Shown here: piece by piece, positions 30,423 through 38,899 of the stretch
How positions within the stretch are numbered: the first letter of the stretch is position 1
Layout: each line of letters opens with the position of its first letter
Origin: Candidatus Nanopelagicales bacterium
GTDB lineage: Bacteria; Actinomycetota; Actinomycetes; S36-B12
NCBI GenBank assembly: GCA_030827125.1
Contig: JAURFD010000005.1
Coordinates: forward strand, 53,046-117,045
Length of the DNA stretch: 64,000 nt
Reading direction: 5' to 3'
Translations under genes and position numbers: made by a program
Notes under the pieces: model-generated
Database searches by the model: none
Told to the model about the DNA's origin: nothing
What the model saw: only the letters and a program-made list of their open reading frames with translations

Positions 30423-30439
30423 GCGGGCAAATCGCCCGC
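30423..30439. terminator. Weak candidate bidirectional hairpin between convergent ogt and the kinase gene
   Basis: GCGGGC-AAATC-GCCCGC, nested in ACCGCGG...CCGCGGT. No clear U-tract on either strand. Confidence 0.25.
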
Positions 30440-30471
30440 AAAACCGCGGTAGGTCCAAAGAAGGTGAAGGT

Positions 30472-32397
30472 TTAGATGATGGTGATGGTGACGGTGCTGC
30501 CGTAGGGCAGGAGTGTGCCGCCCGAAGGATCTTGGGAGATGACCCGACCGAGCGGTGTGATCGGCGGCTCGTTGACGTCGACGTTGAAGCCGAGATAGAC
30601 GAGCGTGTCGATGGCGTCCTGCTTGAGCATGTCCACCAGATAGGGCACCTCGACCGGTGGCGGGCCCTTCGACACCAGCAACTCCACGGTCCCGCCGACG
30701 TCAACCTTCTCACCCTTGCCGGGGGTCGATGAGATCACCAGGCCCTCGGCATACTCGGACGAGTAATCCTCGGTGATGGTCACGACAAGGCCCTCGGCCT
30801 CAAGTTGTGCCTGAGCCTCCTCGACCGGGGTGCCCGCGAGCCCCGGAATCTTCACCGGCTTGGGTCCCTTAGACACCACGAGATCCACGACGCTGTCCCG
30901 CTTCAACTCTGCGCCCGCCGCCGGGTCGCTAGAGATGACGTCGCCGATGGGCACGGCGGAGTCCCACTCCTCGGTCACGGTTCCGAGCGCGAGGTTGGCC
31001 TCCTCCAGGCTCGTCGTGGCCGAGGCCAGCGGCGCGCCGCGCACGTCGGGAACGGCGTATCGCTCGGGCCCAAGCGAGAGGATGACCGACACGGTGCTTT
31101 GGACCGCAACGGTGGACCCCGGTTCGGGATCCGCGGAGATGATGAGGCCCGCCTCGACCGTCTCGCTGTACTCCTCGCCAGCCACCGTGAGGGTGAGTTC
31201 GAGCGGCGTCAGCGCGGCAGAGGCTTCCGCCTCGGTCATGCCGATGATGCCGGGCACGTCGACCTGCTTGCCGGGACCCTCGGCGAGATACCAACCGGCC
31301 GCGGCGGCGCCACCGGCCGCGAGCAGCAGCAGCACGATCGCGATGATCCAGCCGCGACCACGGCGCCGGCGTCGAGGGGGAGTGCCGCCGGTCACCTCGC
31401 CCGGCTGCACCGGACGCGCGGACACCGGCGGGGTCGGGGTGACCCCGGCCGCAGCGGCCAGCGCCAACTCTTCGGTGACCACCAAGGTGTCGTGGGTCTC
31501 CCTCGCGAGGGGTTGGGGAGGGGGCAGAGTCTTGCGGACCCGGCGTACGTCGGCGAGGAAGGCGCGACAGTCTGGATAGCGCATTGCCGCGTCGCGGCGT
31601 GTGGCGGTGGCGACGAGGGCATCGACGTCAGGCGGCACGTCACGGCGGATCGACGAGGGTGCCGGCACGTTGGTGTTGACGTGCTGGTAAGCCACGGTAA
31701 GTGGGTTCTCGGCGGCGAAGGGGACCTGACCGGTGACCATCTCGAACAGGCAGATGCCCGCGCCGTACACGTCGGATCGAGCGTCCGCGTCGCCATGCTC
31801 CACATGCTCGGGGGAGAGGTAGGCGACGGTGCCGATGAGCATGCCTTGGGTCGCGCTGGTGACGTTGGTGACCGCACGCGCGAGCCCGAAGTCGGTGACC
31901 TTCACCCGACCGTCGTCGGAGATGAGGATGTTCTCGGGCTTCACGTCTCGGTGGACGAAGCCGGCGTCATGAGCCGCCGCAAGGGCCTCGAGCACGGGAT
32001 CGAGGATGGTGAGGGCCTGCGCAGGGCTGAGGACGTGATAGTCCCGCAGGACGTCACGCAAGGTCCGGCCCGGGACGTACTCCATCGCGAGGTAGGGCAG
32101 TCCCTCGGCCTCGCCCTGATCGAACACGCTCACGACGTGGGGATGGCTGAGTTGGGCCGCTGCGCGGGCCTCTCGGCGGAAGCGGGCCACAAAATCAGGA
32201 TCCTCGGCCAGCGCGGCATTCATGATCTTCAGGGCCACCGGTCGATCCAGGCGGTCATCGACGGCCTCGTAGACGGCGGCCATTCCCCCGCGGGCGATTC
32301 GGCGCACGATGCGGTAGCGACCGTCGACAACGGTGCCGACGAGCGGGTCTGCGGGCGTCGTCGGCATCGGTTGGGTAGAGGAATCCATCGTGTCCAT
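30472..32397 (-). CDS. Ser/Thr protein kinase with four extracellular PASTA repeats (PknL/PknB-type)
   Basis: Hanks kinase motifs (VALKIM, HRDVKPEN, DFG, SPE), one TM helix and four ~65-aa PASTA-like repeats. Sits close to the GT-C/idsA genes, separated only by the PPOX-crtY-crtB insertion, where pknL is adjacent to them in corynebacteria and mycobacteria. Confidence 0.9.
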   Translation of the reverse strand: MDTMDSSTQPMPTTPADPLVGTVVDGRYRIVRRIARGGMAAVYEAVDDRLDRPVALKIMNAALAEDPDFVARFRREARAAAQLSHPHVVSVFDQGEAEGLPYLAMEYVPGRTLRDVLRDYHVLSPAQALTILDPVLEALAAAHDAGFVHRDVKPENILISDDGRVKVTDFGLARAVTNVTSATQGMLIGTVAYLSPEHVEHGDADARSDVYGAGICLFEMVTGQVPFAAENPLTVAYQHVNTNVPAPSSIRRDVPPDVDALVATATRRDAAMRYPDCRAFLADVRRVRKTLPPPQPLARETHDTLVVTEELALAAAAGVTPTPPVSARPVQPGEVTGGTPPRRRRRGRGWIIAIVLLLLAAGGAAAAGWYLAEGPGKQVDVPGIIGMTEAEASAALTPLELTLTVAGEEYSETVEAGLIISADPEPGSTVAVQSTVSVILSLGPERYAVPDVRGAPLASATTSLEEANLALGTVTEEWDSAVPIGDVISSDPAAGAELKRDSVVDLVVSKGPKPVKIPGLAGTPVEEAQAQLEAEGLVVTITEDYSSEYAEGLVISSTPGKGEKVDVGGTVELLVSKGPPPVEVPYLVDMLKQDAIDTLVYLGFNVDVNEPPITPLGRVISQDPSGGTLLPYGSTVTITII

Positions 32398-32439
32398 GAG
32401 TCTAGGTCGGGGGAGGCAGGAGATGCCGGATGCCTTTGG

Positions 32440-32509
32440 TCCGGCGGGTCGGCCAAGCCGCCCCTGTCGGACCGCTCCGGCGGGTCGGCCAAGCCGCCCC
32501 TGTCGGACC
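32440..32509. repeat. Perfect 34-bp direct repeat x2 (period 36) in the divergent kinase/PPOX intergenic region
   Basis: TCCGGCGGGTCGGCCAAGCCGCCCCTGTCGGACC at 32440-32473 and again at 32476-32509, 34/34 identical, separated by GC. Confidence 0.97.
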
Positions 32510-32561
32510 TCCGAGCCAGCCCGCCGTGGCAGCCCCGGCGGAATCTGGGCAGGATGGACAG

Positions 32562-33026
32562 GTGAGTCGCGCTGCGGTGGTCATGACGGCCGAGGAAATC
32601 GAGGAGCTGCTGGCCTCGGCCAAGGTCGCGGTACTGGCCACCATCGGCCCCGACGGGGTCCCCGACCCGGTCCCCATGTGGTTCGTTCTGCGGGACGGGC
32701 AGGTCTGGATGCGCACCTACGCCAAGTCCCAAAAGGTTCACAACCTTCGTCGGGACCCACGCGTGTCGGTGCTCGTTGAGGACGGGAGTCGGTACGCGGA
32801 GCTCCGCGGCGTGCAGTTCACCGGGCGGATCGACCTCCACGATGATGTCGACCTCATTTGCGGCATCGTGGCGGACCTCATGGTGAAGTACGAGGGCCTC
32901 GATCCCGAGCATCGAGCCGGTGTCATCGACGCCTACCGCTTAACCGCGGTCAAGCAGGTGGCCATGCAGCTCGTGGTGGAGCGCACGGCCTCGTGGGACC
33001 ACAGCAAGATCGTCCCGGGGTCCTAA
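32562..33026 (+). CDS. PPOX-class (pyridoxamine 5'-phosphate oxidase fold) probable F420/FMN-dependent enzyme
   Basis: Split-barrel family N-terminus (LLASAKVAVLATIGPDGVPDPVPMWF). Start is uncertain: GTG 32562 or ATG 32583. The ATG 32430 extension runs through the repeats and has low GC3. Confidence 0.7.
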   Translation: MSRAAVVMTAEEIEELLASAKVAVLATIGPDGVPDPVPMWFVLRDGQVWMRTYAKSQKVHNLRRDPRVSVLVEDGSRYAELRGVQFTGRIDLHDDVDLICGIVADLMVKYEGLDPEHRAGVIDAYRLTAVKQVAMQLVVERTASWDHSKIVPGS

Positions 33027-33364
33027 TGGGCCGCTTCACCTACTTCGCTGTCCTCGCCTTCATCTTCGTCGGCTCGGCGTGGCTCGAGATTGCCCTGCGC
33101 ACTCGGGTCTTCCGTCGATGGAAGCGACTCCTGCTCGCTCTTGCCGTGCCCTTCATGGTCTTTGTGGCCTGGGATGTGTGGGCGCTCGCCACGGGGCATT
33201 GGAGTATCGACCCGGAGCGCACGGTCGGCCTCGACCTGTTCGGCGTCATCCCCATCGAAGAGATCGTCTTCTTCATCGTGGTGCCGACGGCATCCATCCT
33301 GAGTCTTGAGGCCGTGCGCAGTGTTCGCGGATGGCCGCTAGGGGATGAGGAGATCACACCATGA
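33026..33364 (+). CDS. crtYc: Lycopene cyclase domain protein (heterodimeric CrtYc-like subunit)
   Basis: 112 aa with 3 TM helices. By-eye match to the small lycopene cyclase domain family. TAATG overlap with the PPOX stop and ATGA overlap with the next subunit. Confidence 0.7.
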   Translation: MGRFTYFAVLAFIFVGSAWLEIALRTRVFRRWKRLLLALAVPFMVFVAWDVWALATGHWSIDPERTVGLDLFGVIPIEEIVFFIVVPTASILSLEAVRSVRGWPLGDEEITP

Positions 33365-33816
33365 CCTACACCCAGCTCGGGTTCCTCATGGTCGTTGGCG
33401 CGGTGCTCATTGATCTGCTCGTCTTGCGCACGCGCCTAGTCACACGAAAGGGATTCTGGGTCGCCTACGCAATCGTGCTGTTCTTCCAACTTCTCACCAA
33501 CGGGATCCTCACCGGCATCGGCGCCTTCCGTTACGCCGATGATGCGATCGTGGGACAGATGCCCGCCGATGGTGGCCCACCACCGATGTTCGGCGAGGGG
33601 CGCGTGGTTTTCCAGCCTTTTGAGGATCTGATGATGGGCTTTTCGCTGTGCTTGTTGGCGATGGCGCTGTGGATCTTTTGGGGCCGCCGGGGCGTTCAGC
33701 GCACGCCGATGGCCGGGCCGCCGATCTGGCGATCAGGCCGCTGGGCGCGCACCCCGGCGCCTGGCGCGGCGAGCGCGGAACCACGCGGGGCCGGCGACGG
33801 CGACGCGTCGACGTAG
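33361..33816 (+). CDS. crtYd: Lycopene cyclase domain protein (CrtYd-like subunit) with a low-complexity C-terminal tail
   Basis: 151 aa. The N-terminal ~105 aa are TM-rich and cyclase-domain-like. The tail overlaps the crtB 3' end on the opposite strand. Confidence 0.65.
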   Translation: MTYTQLGFLMVVGAVLIDLLVLRTRLVTRKGFWVAYAIVLFFQLLTNGILTGIGAFRYADDAIVGQMPADGGPPPMFGEGRVVFQPFEDLMMGFSLCLLAMALWIFWGRRGVQRTPMAGPPIWRSGRWARTPAPGAASAEPRGAGDGDAST

Positions 33817-34656
33817 CGGCACGGTCGCTCGCCGGGTGAAGACTTCGTAGTCGATGCGCTCCACCTCGTCGACGATGCCGCAGTAGAGAATGCGCGCAGC
33901 GTCGATGCAGGGCTGCGCATCGGGGGACAGCATCGCGATACCCGGGCGGGACCTTTCTTCGAGTTTGCGAACTCGGCTCACCTGGGCCGCCAGCGCCGCT
34001 TTGACGTCCGGCGTCGCGACTCGCTGTTCAAGCACGTCGCGTGTGACGCCGTACTCCGCGAGTTCATCGAGGGGGAGGTATACGCGCCCCCGCTGCAGGT
34101 CCTCGCCGACGTCCCGGATGAAGTTTGCAAGTTGGAACGCGACGCCGAGGTCTTGGGCGCGCGGGTATGCCTCCGGGCTGGTGGGTTCAAGGATCGGCAC
34201 CATCTGCAGTCCGATCACCGCCGCACTGCCGTAGACGTATTCGAAGAGGTCGTCGTACGTTGCGTATTCGGTGACGGTGAGGTCCATCCGCATCGAGTGC
34301 AAAAAGGCCTGGAAGTGCTCGGTCGGGATCTCCCAGGTGTTCACGGTGTCAACCAAGGCGCGGCCGATCGGGTCATGTGAGCGGCCTCGCTCGATGTCGG
34401 CGAGGACCTGGTCTCCCCAGCGGCCGAGCCAATCGGCCTTCTCCTGATCGCTCAGGGTCGACCCGAGGTCATCGACGATCTCATCGGCATAGCGCGCGAA
34501 TCCGTAGAGCGCATGGACGTAGGGCCGCTTCGCCGGGGGGAGAAGGAGGGTCGCGAGGTAGTAGGTCTTGCCATGCTCGGCGTTGAGCTTCTTGCAGCGC
34601 TCGTACGACGCGCGCAGGGCTGGGTCGTCGATCCCGGCGGCGTCGAGTTCATTCAC
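33733..34656 (-). CDS. crtB: Phytoene synthase
   Basis: Squalene/phytoene synthase signatures YVHALYGFARYADEIVDD and FQLANFIRDVGEDLQRGRVYLP. GTG at 34656 chosen as start, giving an 8-nt overlap with the upstream GT-C stop. The 459-aa ORF version is rejected. Confidence 0.85.
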   Translation of the reverse strand: MNELDAAGIDDPALRASYERCKKLNAEHGKTYYLATLLLPPAKRPYVHALYGFARYADEIVDDLGSTLSDQEKADWLGRWGDQVLADIERGRSHDPIGRALVDTVNTWEIPTEHFQAFLHSMRMDLTVTEYATYDDLFEYVYGSAAVIGLQMVPILEPTSPEAYPRAQDLGVAFQLANFIRDVGEDLQRGRVYLPLDELAEYGVTRDVLEQRVATPDVKAALAAQVSRVRKLEERSRPGIAMLSPDAQPCIDAARILYCGIVDEVERIDYEVFTRRATVPLRRRVAVAGPAWFRARRARRRGARPAA

Positions 34657-36217
34657 GTTGGCTGATCTTGCCACGGAAGAGCGCCTGCTGCGCTCGCGCC
34701 TGTTCGGGAAGGTCATCGGGTTGCAGTCCGTGGCTGAGCGGACCGCCGAGCACAAGGCGTCGTTCGCGCGGACTGACGAGCAGGACGAGCCCGACCACGA
34801 GGAAGGCCGCCACGATGGCGAGACCGTCGCTGAACTCGAAGAGGTTGTCGGCGGTGGAACTCGATTCGGCCATCCCATGCACAGAGAATCCCGCGATGAG
34901 AAGCACGGTGATGCGGAAGGCCAATGGCCGCAGTCCGGTCGCGGCAAAGAGCGGCAGGAACCACAGCAGGTACCACGGCTGCACCACAGGGCCGAGGAGG
35001 ACGACGGCGAGGAAGGCGAGCGCCGCACCCCGGCTGGGGCTTCGGCCCTGGGGACGCAGGACGAGCCAGGCAACGACGGAGAGTGCGGCGACCGTTCCGA
35101 TGAGCCGCGCAATCGTCACCATCAGGGCATCGTCGATGGTGATACCGGCCGCGGTGGTGAGCCCGCCGATGAGCATGCCGATCGCGGTGGGCGGCGACAG
35201 CCAGGTGCGGACTTCCCCCGGCGTCGACAGGGCACCGATCCAGCCGAGTCCGACCCCGGCGAGCAGGGACGTGACGGCAAAGACGCCTGCGGTGACCAGT
35301 GTCACGAGGATCCACGCCCGGATGCGCTGCCACCAACTCGAACGCAGACCCGCCCACAGCAGTCCCACGAAGGGCAGGGCGAGCAGTCCGATGGGCTTGA
35401 CGGCACCGGCGATGGCGACGGCGGCGGCTGCGCCCACCCCATGCCGTTCCGTGGCGAGCGTGAGTCCCATGATGATCAGTCCGGCCATGAGCGCATCATT
35501 GTGTGCACCGGCGACGAAGTGCATGACGACCAGCGGATTGAGGGCGCCGAGCCACAGGGCTTTAGCCGGATCAATGCCGTGATGGAACGCCAGTCGCGGA
35601 AGATAGATGACGATGAGTCCGACACCGACGAGCGCCACGAATCGGAAGATGAGTGCCGCTAGGGCCGGTTGATCCACCGCGAAGTTGGCGACGCCCCGGG
35701 CCAGCAACAGCCAGAAGGGGCCGTACGGGGTGGGGGTCTCGGCCCACATCGGGTCGACGCCATCGCGGAACCAATCATCGACGACGGCGACTCCGGTGTC
35801 GTAGGGGTCCTCGCCGATTGCGAGGACCCGTCCCTGGGCGAAGTAGGAGTACACATCGCGACTGAACAGCGGTGGTGCGATGAGGAGTGGCGCGCACCAA
35901 GCCGCCAGGATGGCGATGAGGGTGCTCGGTGGAGTTCGCGGCAGCGCATGTGGATCGCTGCGATCGGCGAGGAGGTCATGTCCGAGGATGAGCCAGGCTT
36001 GGAGCAGGAGCGCGACGCCGACGAAGATGAGGGCGCGCGAGAGGAGAGTTCCCAGCGTGGTCCCGCGGAGAGCATCGACGTACACGATCTCGACGACGCC
36101 AGTCTTGAGGGGAAGCCAACCAACGCCGAAGGCGCCGACGGTGAGCAACGCACTGCCGACGAATCCAGGCAGGGCGTACCGCGCCAGGATGTGACCATCC
36201 AACGCCGACACGGCCAC
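34649..36217 (-). CDS. GT-C family polyprenol-phosphate-mannose-dependent mannosyltransferase-like membrane protein (MptA/MptB-like)
   Basis: 522 aa with more than 10 TM helices. First-loop motif FSRDVYSYFAQGR. Its proximity to the idsA-type gene, here separated from it only by crtI, mirrors mycobacterial idsA2-mptA. Confidence 0.65.
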   Translation of the reverse strand: MAVSALDGHILARYALPGFVGSALLTVGAFGVGWLPLKTGVVEIVYVDALRGTTLGTLLSRALIFVGVALLLQAWLILGHDLLADRSDPHALPRTPPSTLIAILAAWCAPLLIAPPLFSRDVYSYFAQGRVLAIGEDPYDTGVAVVDDWFRDGVDPMWAETPTPYGPFWLLLARGVANFAVDQPALAALIFRFVALVGVGLIVIYLPRLAFHHGIDPAKALWLGALNPLVVMHFVAGAHNDALMAGLIIMGLTLATERHGVGAAAAVAIAGAVKPIGLLALPFVGLLWAGLRSSWWQRIRAWILVTLVTAGVFAVTSLLAGVGLGWIGALSTPGEVRTWLSPPTAIGMLIGGLTTAAGITIDDALMVTIARLIGTVAALSVVAWLVLRPQGRSPSRGAALAFLAVVLLGPVVQPWYLLWFLPLFAATGLRPLAFRITVLLIAGFSVHGMAESSSTADNLFEFSDGLAIVAAFLVVGLVLLVSPRERRLVLGGPLSHGLQPDDLPEQARAQQALFRGKISQRE

Positions 36218-36249
36218 AGCCTAGAGCTGTCGGCGTCCGAAGACCGCGA

Positions 36250-37764
36250 TCAGCGCAGCGCGCGGGAGTGGTAGAGCGGGTCTTTGCCCAGGATCCGCTC
36301 GGCGGCGAGGCGCCCTGAGACGAGCACCATGGGAACACCGACACCGGGCTGGGTGCCCGATCCGGTGAAGACCACGTTCTCACCCCACATGTTGCGCGGT
36401 CGGAAAGGTCCGGTTTGCAGGAACGAGTGCGCGGCGGCGAAGGGGGCGCCGCGCTCCATCCCGCGAAGTTCCCAATCCAGCGGCGAGGTTGTGCTCTCGA
36501 CCTCGATGGCATCGCCAAAGCCGCGGTAGCCGCGCTCCTCGAGGACTCTGACCATCTCGTCGCGGTAGCGCGGAGTCTCAGTGCGCCAATCGATGTCGGC
36601 ATCGAGATTGGGCGTGGGGAAGAGGACGTAGTAGATCTGTTTGCCGTCCGGGGCAAGGGCCGGATCCGAATGCGTCGGATTCGTCACGAGCAGACTCGGG
36701 TCGGTCATGAGTCGCTGCTCGTCGATGAGTTCCTTGAAGACGCCCTTCCACGAGTGCCCGAAGTGAATGTTGTGGTGTGCGATCTGCGAGTACGACGCGT
36801 CGGAGCCAGCGAGCAGGAGGAAGCAGGACGGTGAGTACTTCAGCCGTCGTACCGACCAGGGGCTGCGCCCGAGGAGATCCCGATACGCGACAGGGAGGTC
36901 TGGGTTGAGGACGACGGTGTCGGCCTCAATGCGCTCACCGTCGGCCGTGTGGACGGCGACGGCGCGGTTCCCGCGGGTCTCGACGCGGGTGACCTCCGTG
37001 CCGTAGCGGAAGGTGACACCGTGCTTTTCCGCAGCACCAGCCATCGCCTCGGGTACCGCGTGCATGCCACCCTTGGGGAAGTACACCCCGGCCACGGAGT
37101 CCATGTAGGCGATGACGGCGTAGATGGCGAGTGCGTCGTACGGCGACAGTCCGGCGTACATCGCCTGGAAGGAGAAGACGCGCTCGGTGCGCGGATCGCG
37201 GAGGAACTGACGGACCTTCGGGGCGAGCCGACGGAACCCGCCGATGGCGACCAGTCTGGCAAGGTTCGGTGTGAGCAGGTCGAAAGGCGAGTCGATGTTG
37301 CGGTCGATGAAGTCGGTCATCTCGTAGCGGTAGAGCTCGGAGACGAAGTCCACATATTTGCGGTAGCCGGCCGCTTCGTCCGGTCCGATCACCATGGAGA
37401 TTTCCTCGGCCATCGCGTCGACATCGGCATGGACGTCGAGACGCGATCCGTCGGGGTAGAACGCGCGGTACAACGGTGAGACCGGGGTCAACTCGAGCCA
37501 GTCGGACATGTCCTCACCGACGGAGTCGAACGCGTCGGCGATGAGGTCCGGCATGGTGAGCACGGTGGGGCCGGTGTCGATGCGGAAGGTTCCCGACGGT
37601 CCCTCGAGGTTGAGACGCCCAGCACGGCCGCCGGGGACGTCGTCGCGCTCGAGGACGGTGACCTCGCGACCCGCGCCAGCAAGTCGCATGGCCGCGGAGA
37701 GTCCCGCGAGTCCCGCGCCCACGATGACAACGCGTTCGGTCGGTCCGGTCACGGTGCGGGCCAT
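36250..37764 (-). CDS. crtI: Phytoene desaturase
   Basis: N-terminal FAD fold VVIVGAGLAGLSAA, 504 aa, and a CrtI-type C-terminal block FTGSGTQPGVGVPMVLVSG. A 1-nt TGATG junction joins it to crtE. Confidence 0.88.
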   Translation of the reverse strand: MARTVTGPTERVVIVGAGLAGLSAAMRLAGAGREVTVLERDDVPGGRAGRLNLEGPSGTFRIDTGPTVLTMPDLIADAFDSVGEDMSDWLELTPVSPLYRAFYPDGSRLDVHADVDAMAEEISMVIGPDEAAGYRKYVDFVSELYRYEMTDFIDRNIDSPFDLLTPNLARLVAIGGFRRLAPKVRQFLRDPRTERVFSFQAMYAGLSPYDALAIYAVIAYMDSVAGVYFPKGGMHAVPEAMAGAAEKHGVTFRYGTEVTRVETRGNRAVAVHTADGERIEADTVVLNPDLPVAYRDLLGRSPWSVRRLKYSPSCFLLLAGSDASYSQIAHHNIHFGHSWKGVFKELIDEQRLMTDPSLLVTNPTHSDPALAPDGKQIYYVLFPTPNLDADIDWRTETPRYRDEMVRVLEERGYRGFGDAIEVESTTSPLDWELRGMERGAPFAAAHSFLQTGPFRPRNMWGENVVFTGSGTQPGVGVPMVLVSGRLAAERILGKDPLYHSRALR

Positions 37765-38828
37765 CAGGTGCTCCTTCGAGTAGCGGCAAAGGCAAGATCG
37801 GTGAGGATCTGCGGTGTGGGCTCGACGAGGTCGACGGCCGCCAACGCAGCGAGTGCCTGGTCGGTGAGCTCGGTGATGAGGTTCTCGGCGTGATCAAGAG
37901 CACCGGTGTCGGCGATGATCTCGCGCAGCATCGCCACACCGTCGGCGTCGAGGCCAGGATCACCGAGTCGTTGACGGATCAGATCAGCCTGTGCCGGGGT
38001 CGCACGGGCGAGGGCTGTGGCGACAAGGACGGTGCGCTTGCCCTCACGCAGATCATCACCGGCGGGCTTGCCCGTCTCGGCCGGATCTCCAAAGACGCCG
38101 AGAACGTCGTCACGTAGCTGGAAGGCCTCACCCAGCGGAAGGCCGTAGCCGGAGTAGGTCTCCAGGACGGAGTCGTCCGCGCCCGCCAGCCGTGCCCCCA
38201 GGTGTAGGGGGCGCTCGATGGTGTATTTCGCAGACTTGAAGCGCACGACGCGCATCGCGCGTTCGACTGAACCGCCACCGCGCGCCTGCTCGAGGAGGTC
38301 GAGGTACTGACCCGCCATGAGCTCGGTGCGCATCTCGTCGTAGGTGCGCTTGGCAGCGTCGATGGCCTGCGGCGGCATTCCGGAGGTGAGCAGGAGTTCG
38401 TCGGCCCACGACAGGCACAGGTCGCCCAGCAGAATCGCGGCACCCATCCCGAAGTCTTCCGGTGAGCCGCGCCACTCGGCCCCGCGGTGGATGTTGGCAA
38501 AGCGATGGTGGGCCGAGGGCATGCCGCGGCGGGTGTCTGAGCCGTCCATAACGTCGTCGTGGATGAGGGCACACGCCTGCAGGAATTCCAGCGCGGCAGC
38601 CGCCCGGAGAGCCGCGTCGTCATCAGGTCCGCCGGCCCCTCGATAACCCCACCAGCAGAAGGCCGGTCGAAGGCGCTTGCCTCCACGCAGGAGATCGCTC
38701 AGGGCGTCGACCAACGGTTCGAGATCGTCGCTGACCCGTGCGAGAACGTCGCGCTGCTCAGCAACGAACGCGTCCAGGACTCCCTGGACGCGTTCGCGTA
38801 GCCGGTCGACATCGAGCGGAGAGGGCAT
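37764..38828 (-). CDS. crtE: Polyprenyl (geranylgeranyl) diphosphate synthase
   Basis: First and second Asp-rich motifs LIHDDVMD and FQLRDDVLG, 354 aa. Confidence 0.88.
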   Translation of the reverse strand: MPSPLDVDRLRERVQGVLDAFVAEQRDVLARVSDDLEPLVDALSDLLRGGKRLRPAFCWWGYRGAGGPDDDAALRAAAALEFLQACALIHDDVMDGSDTRRGMPSAHHRFANIHRGAEWRGSPEDFGMGAAILLGDLCLSWADELLLTSGMPPQAIDAAKRTYDEMRTELMAGQYLDLLEQARGGGSVERAMRVVRFKSAKYTIERPLHLGARLAGADDSVLETYSGYGLPLGEAFQLRDDVLGVFGDPAETGKPAGDDLREGKRTVLVATALARATPAQADLIRQRLGDPGLDADGVAMLREIIADTGALDHAENLITELTDQALAALAAVDLVEPTPQILTDLAFAATRRST

Positions 38829-38832
38829 GCCC

Positions 38833-38848
38833 TGAGCCTAGGGGCTCA
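38833..38848. promoter_or_regulatory. Palindrome TGAGCC-TAGG-GGCTCA just upstream of the crtE start
   Basis: Perfect 6-bp arms, 5-20 nt upstream of the crtE ATG on the minus strand. Its function is unknown. Confidence 0.2.
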
Positions 38849-38899
38849 AGCGCGTGACGGCACCGCGTAAGGTCAGGCCATGGAGGCCGGGGGTAAGGC

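Noticed and set aside
32430-32561. ATG-initiated N-terminal extension of the PPOX protein that would translate the 34-bp repeats as LRRVGQAAPVGP x2
   Set aside because: Third-position GC is markedly lower than in the flanking genes. PPOX-fold similarity starts only around residue 50 of that ORF. It is more simply read as intergenic regulatory DNA.
30805-32565. 586-aa plus-strand ORF opposite the PASTA kinase gene
   Set aside because: It is antisense to a kinase with complete Hanks motifs and PASTA repeats. The translation is Arg/Gly/His-rich with no domain signature.
33733-35112. 459-aa version of the phytoene synthase ORF
   Set aside because: The N-terminal ~150 aa overlap the GT-C membrane protein gene in another frame and are Ser/Pro/Arg-rich. 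Recognisable CrtB similarity begins just after the GTG at 34656, so the short form was annotated.
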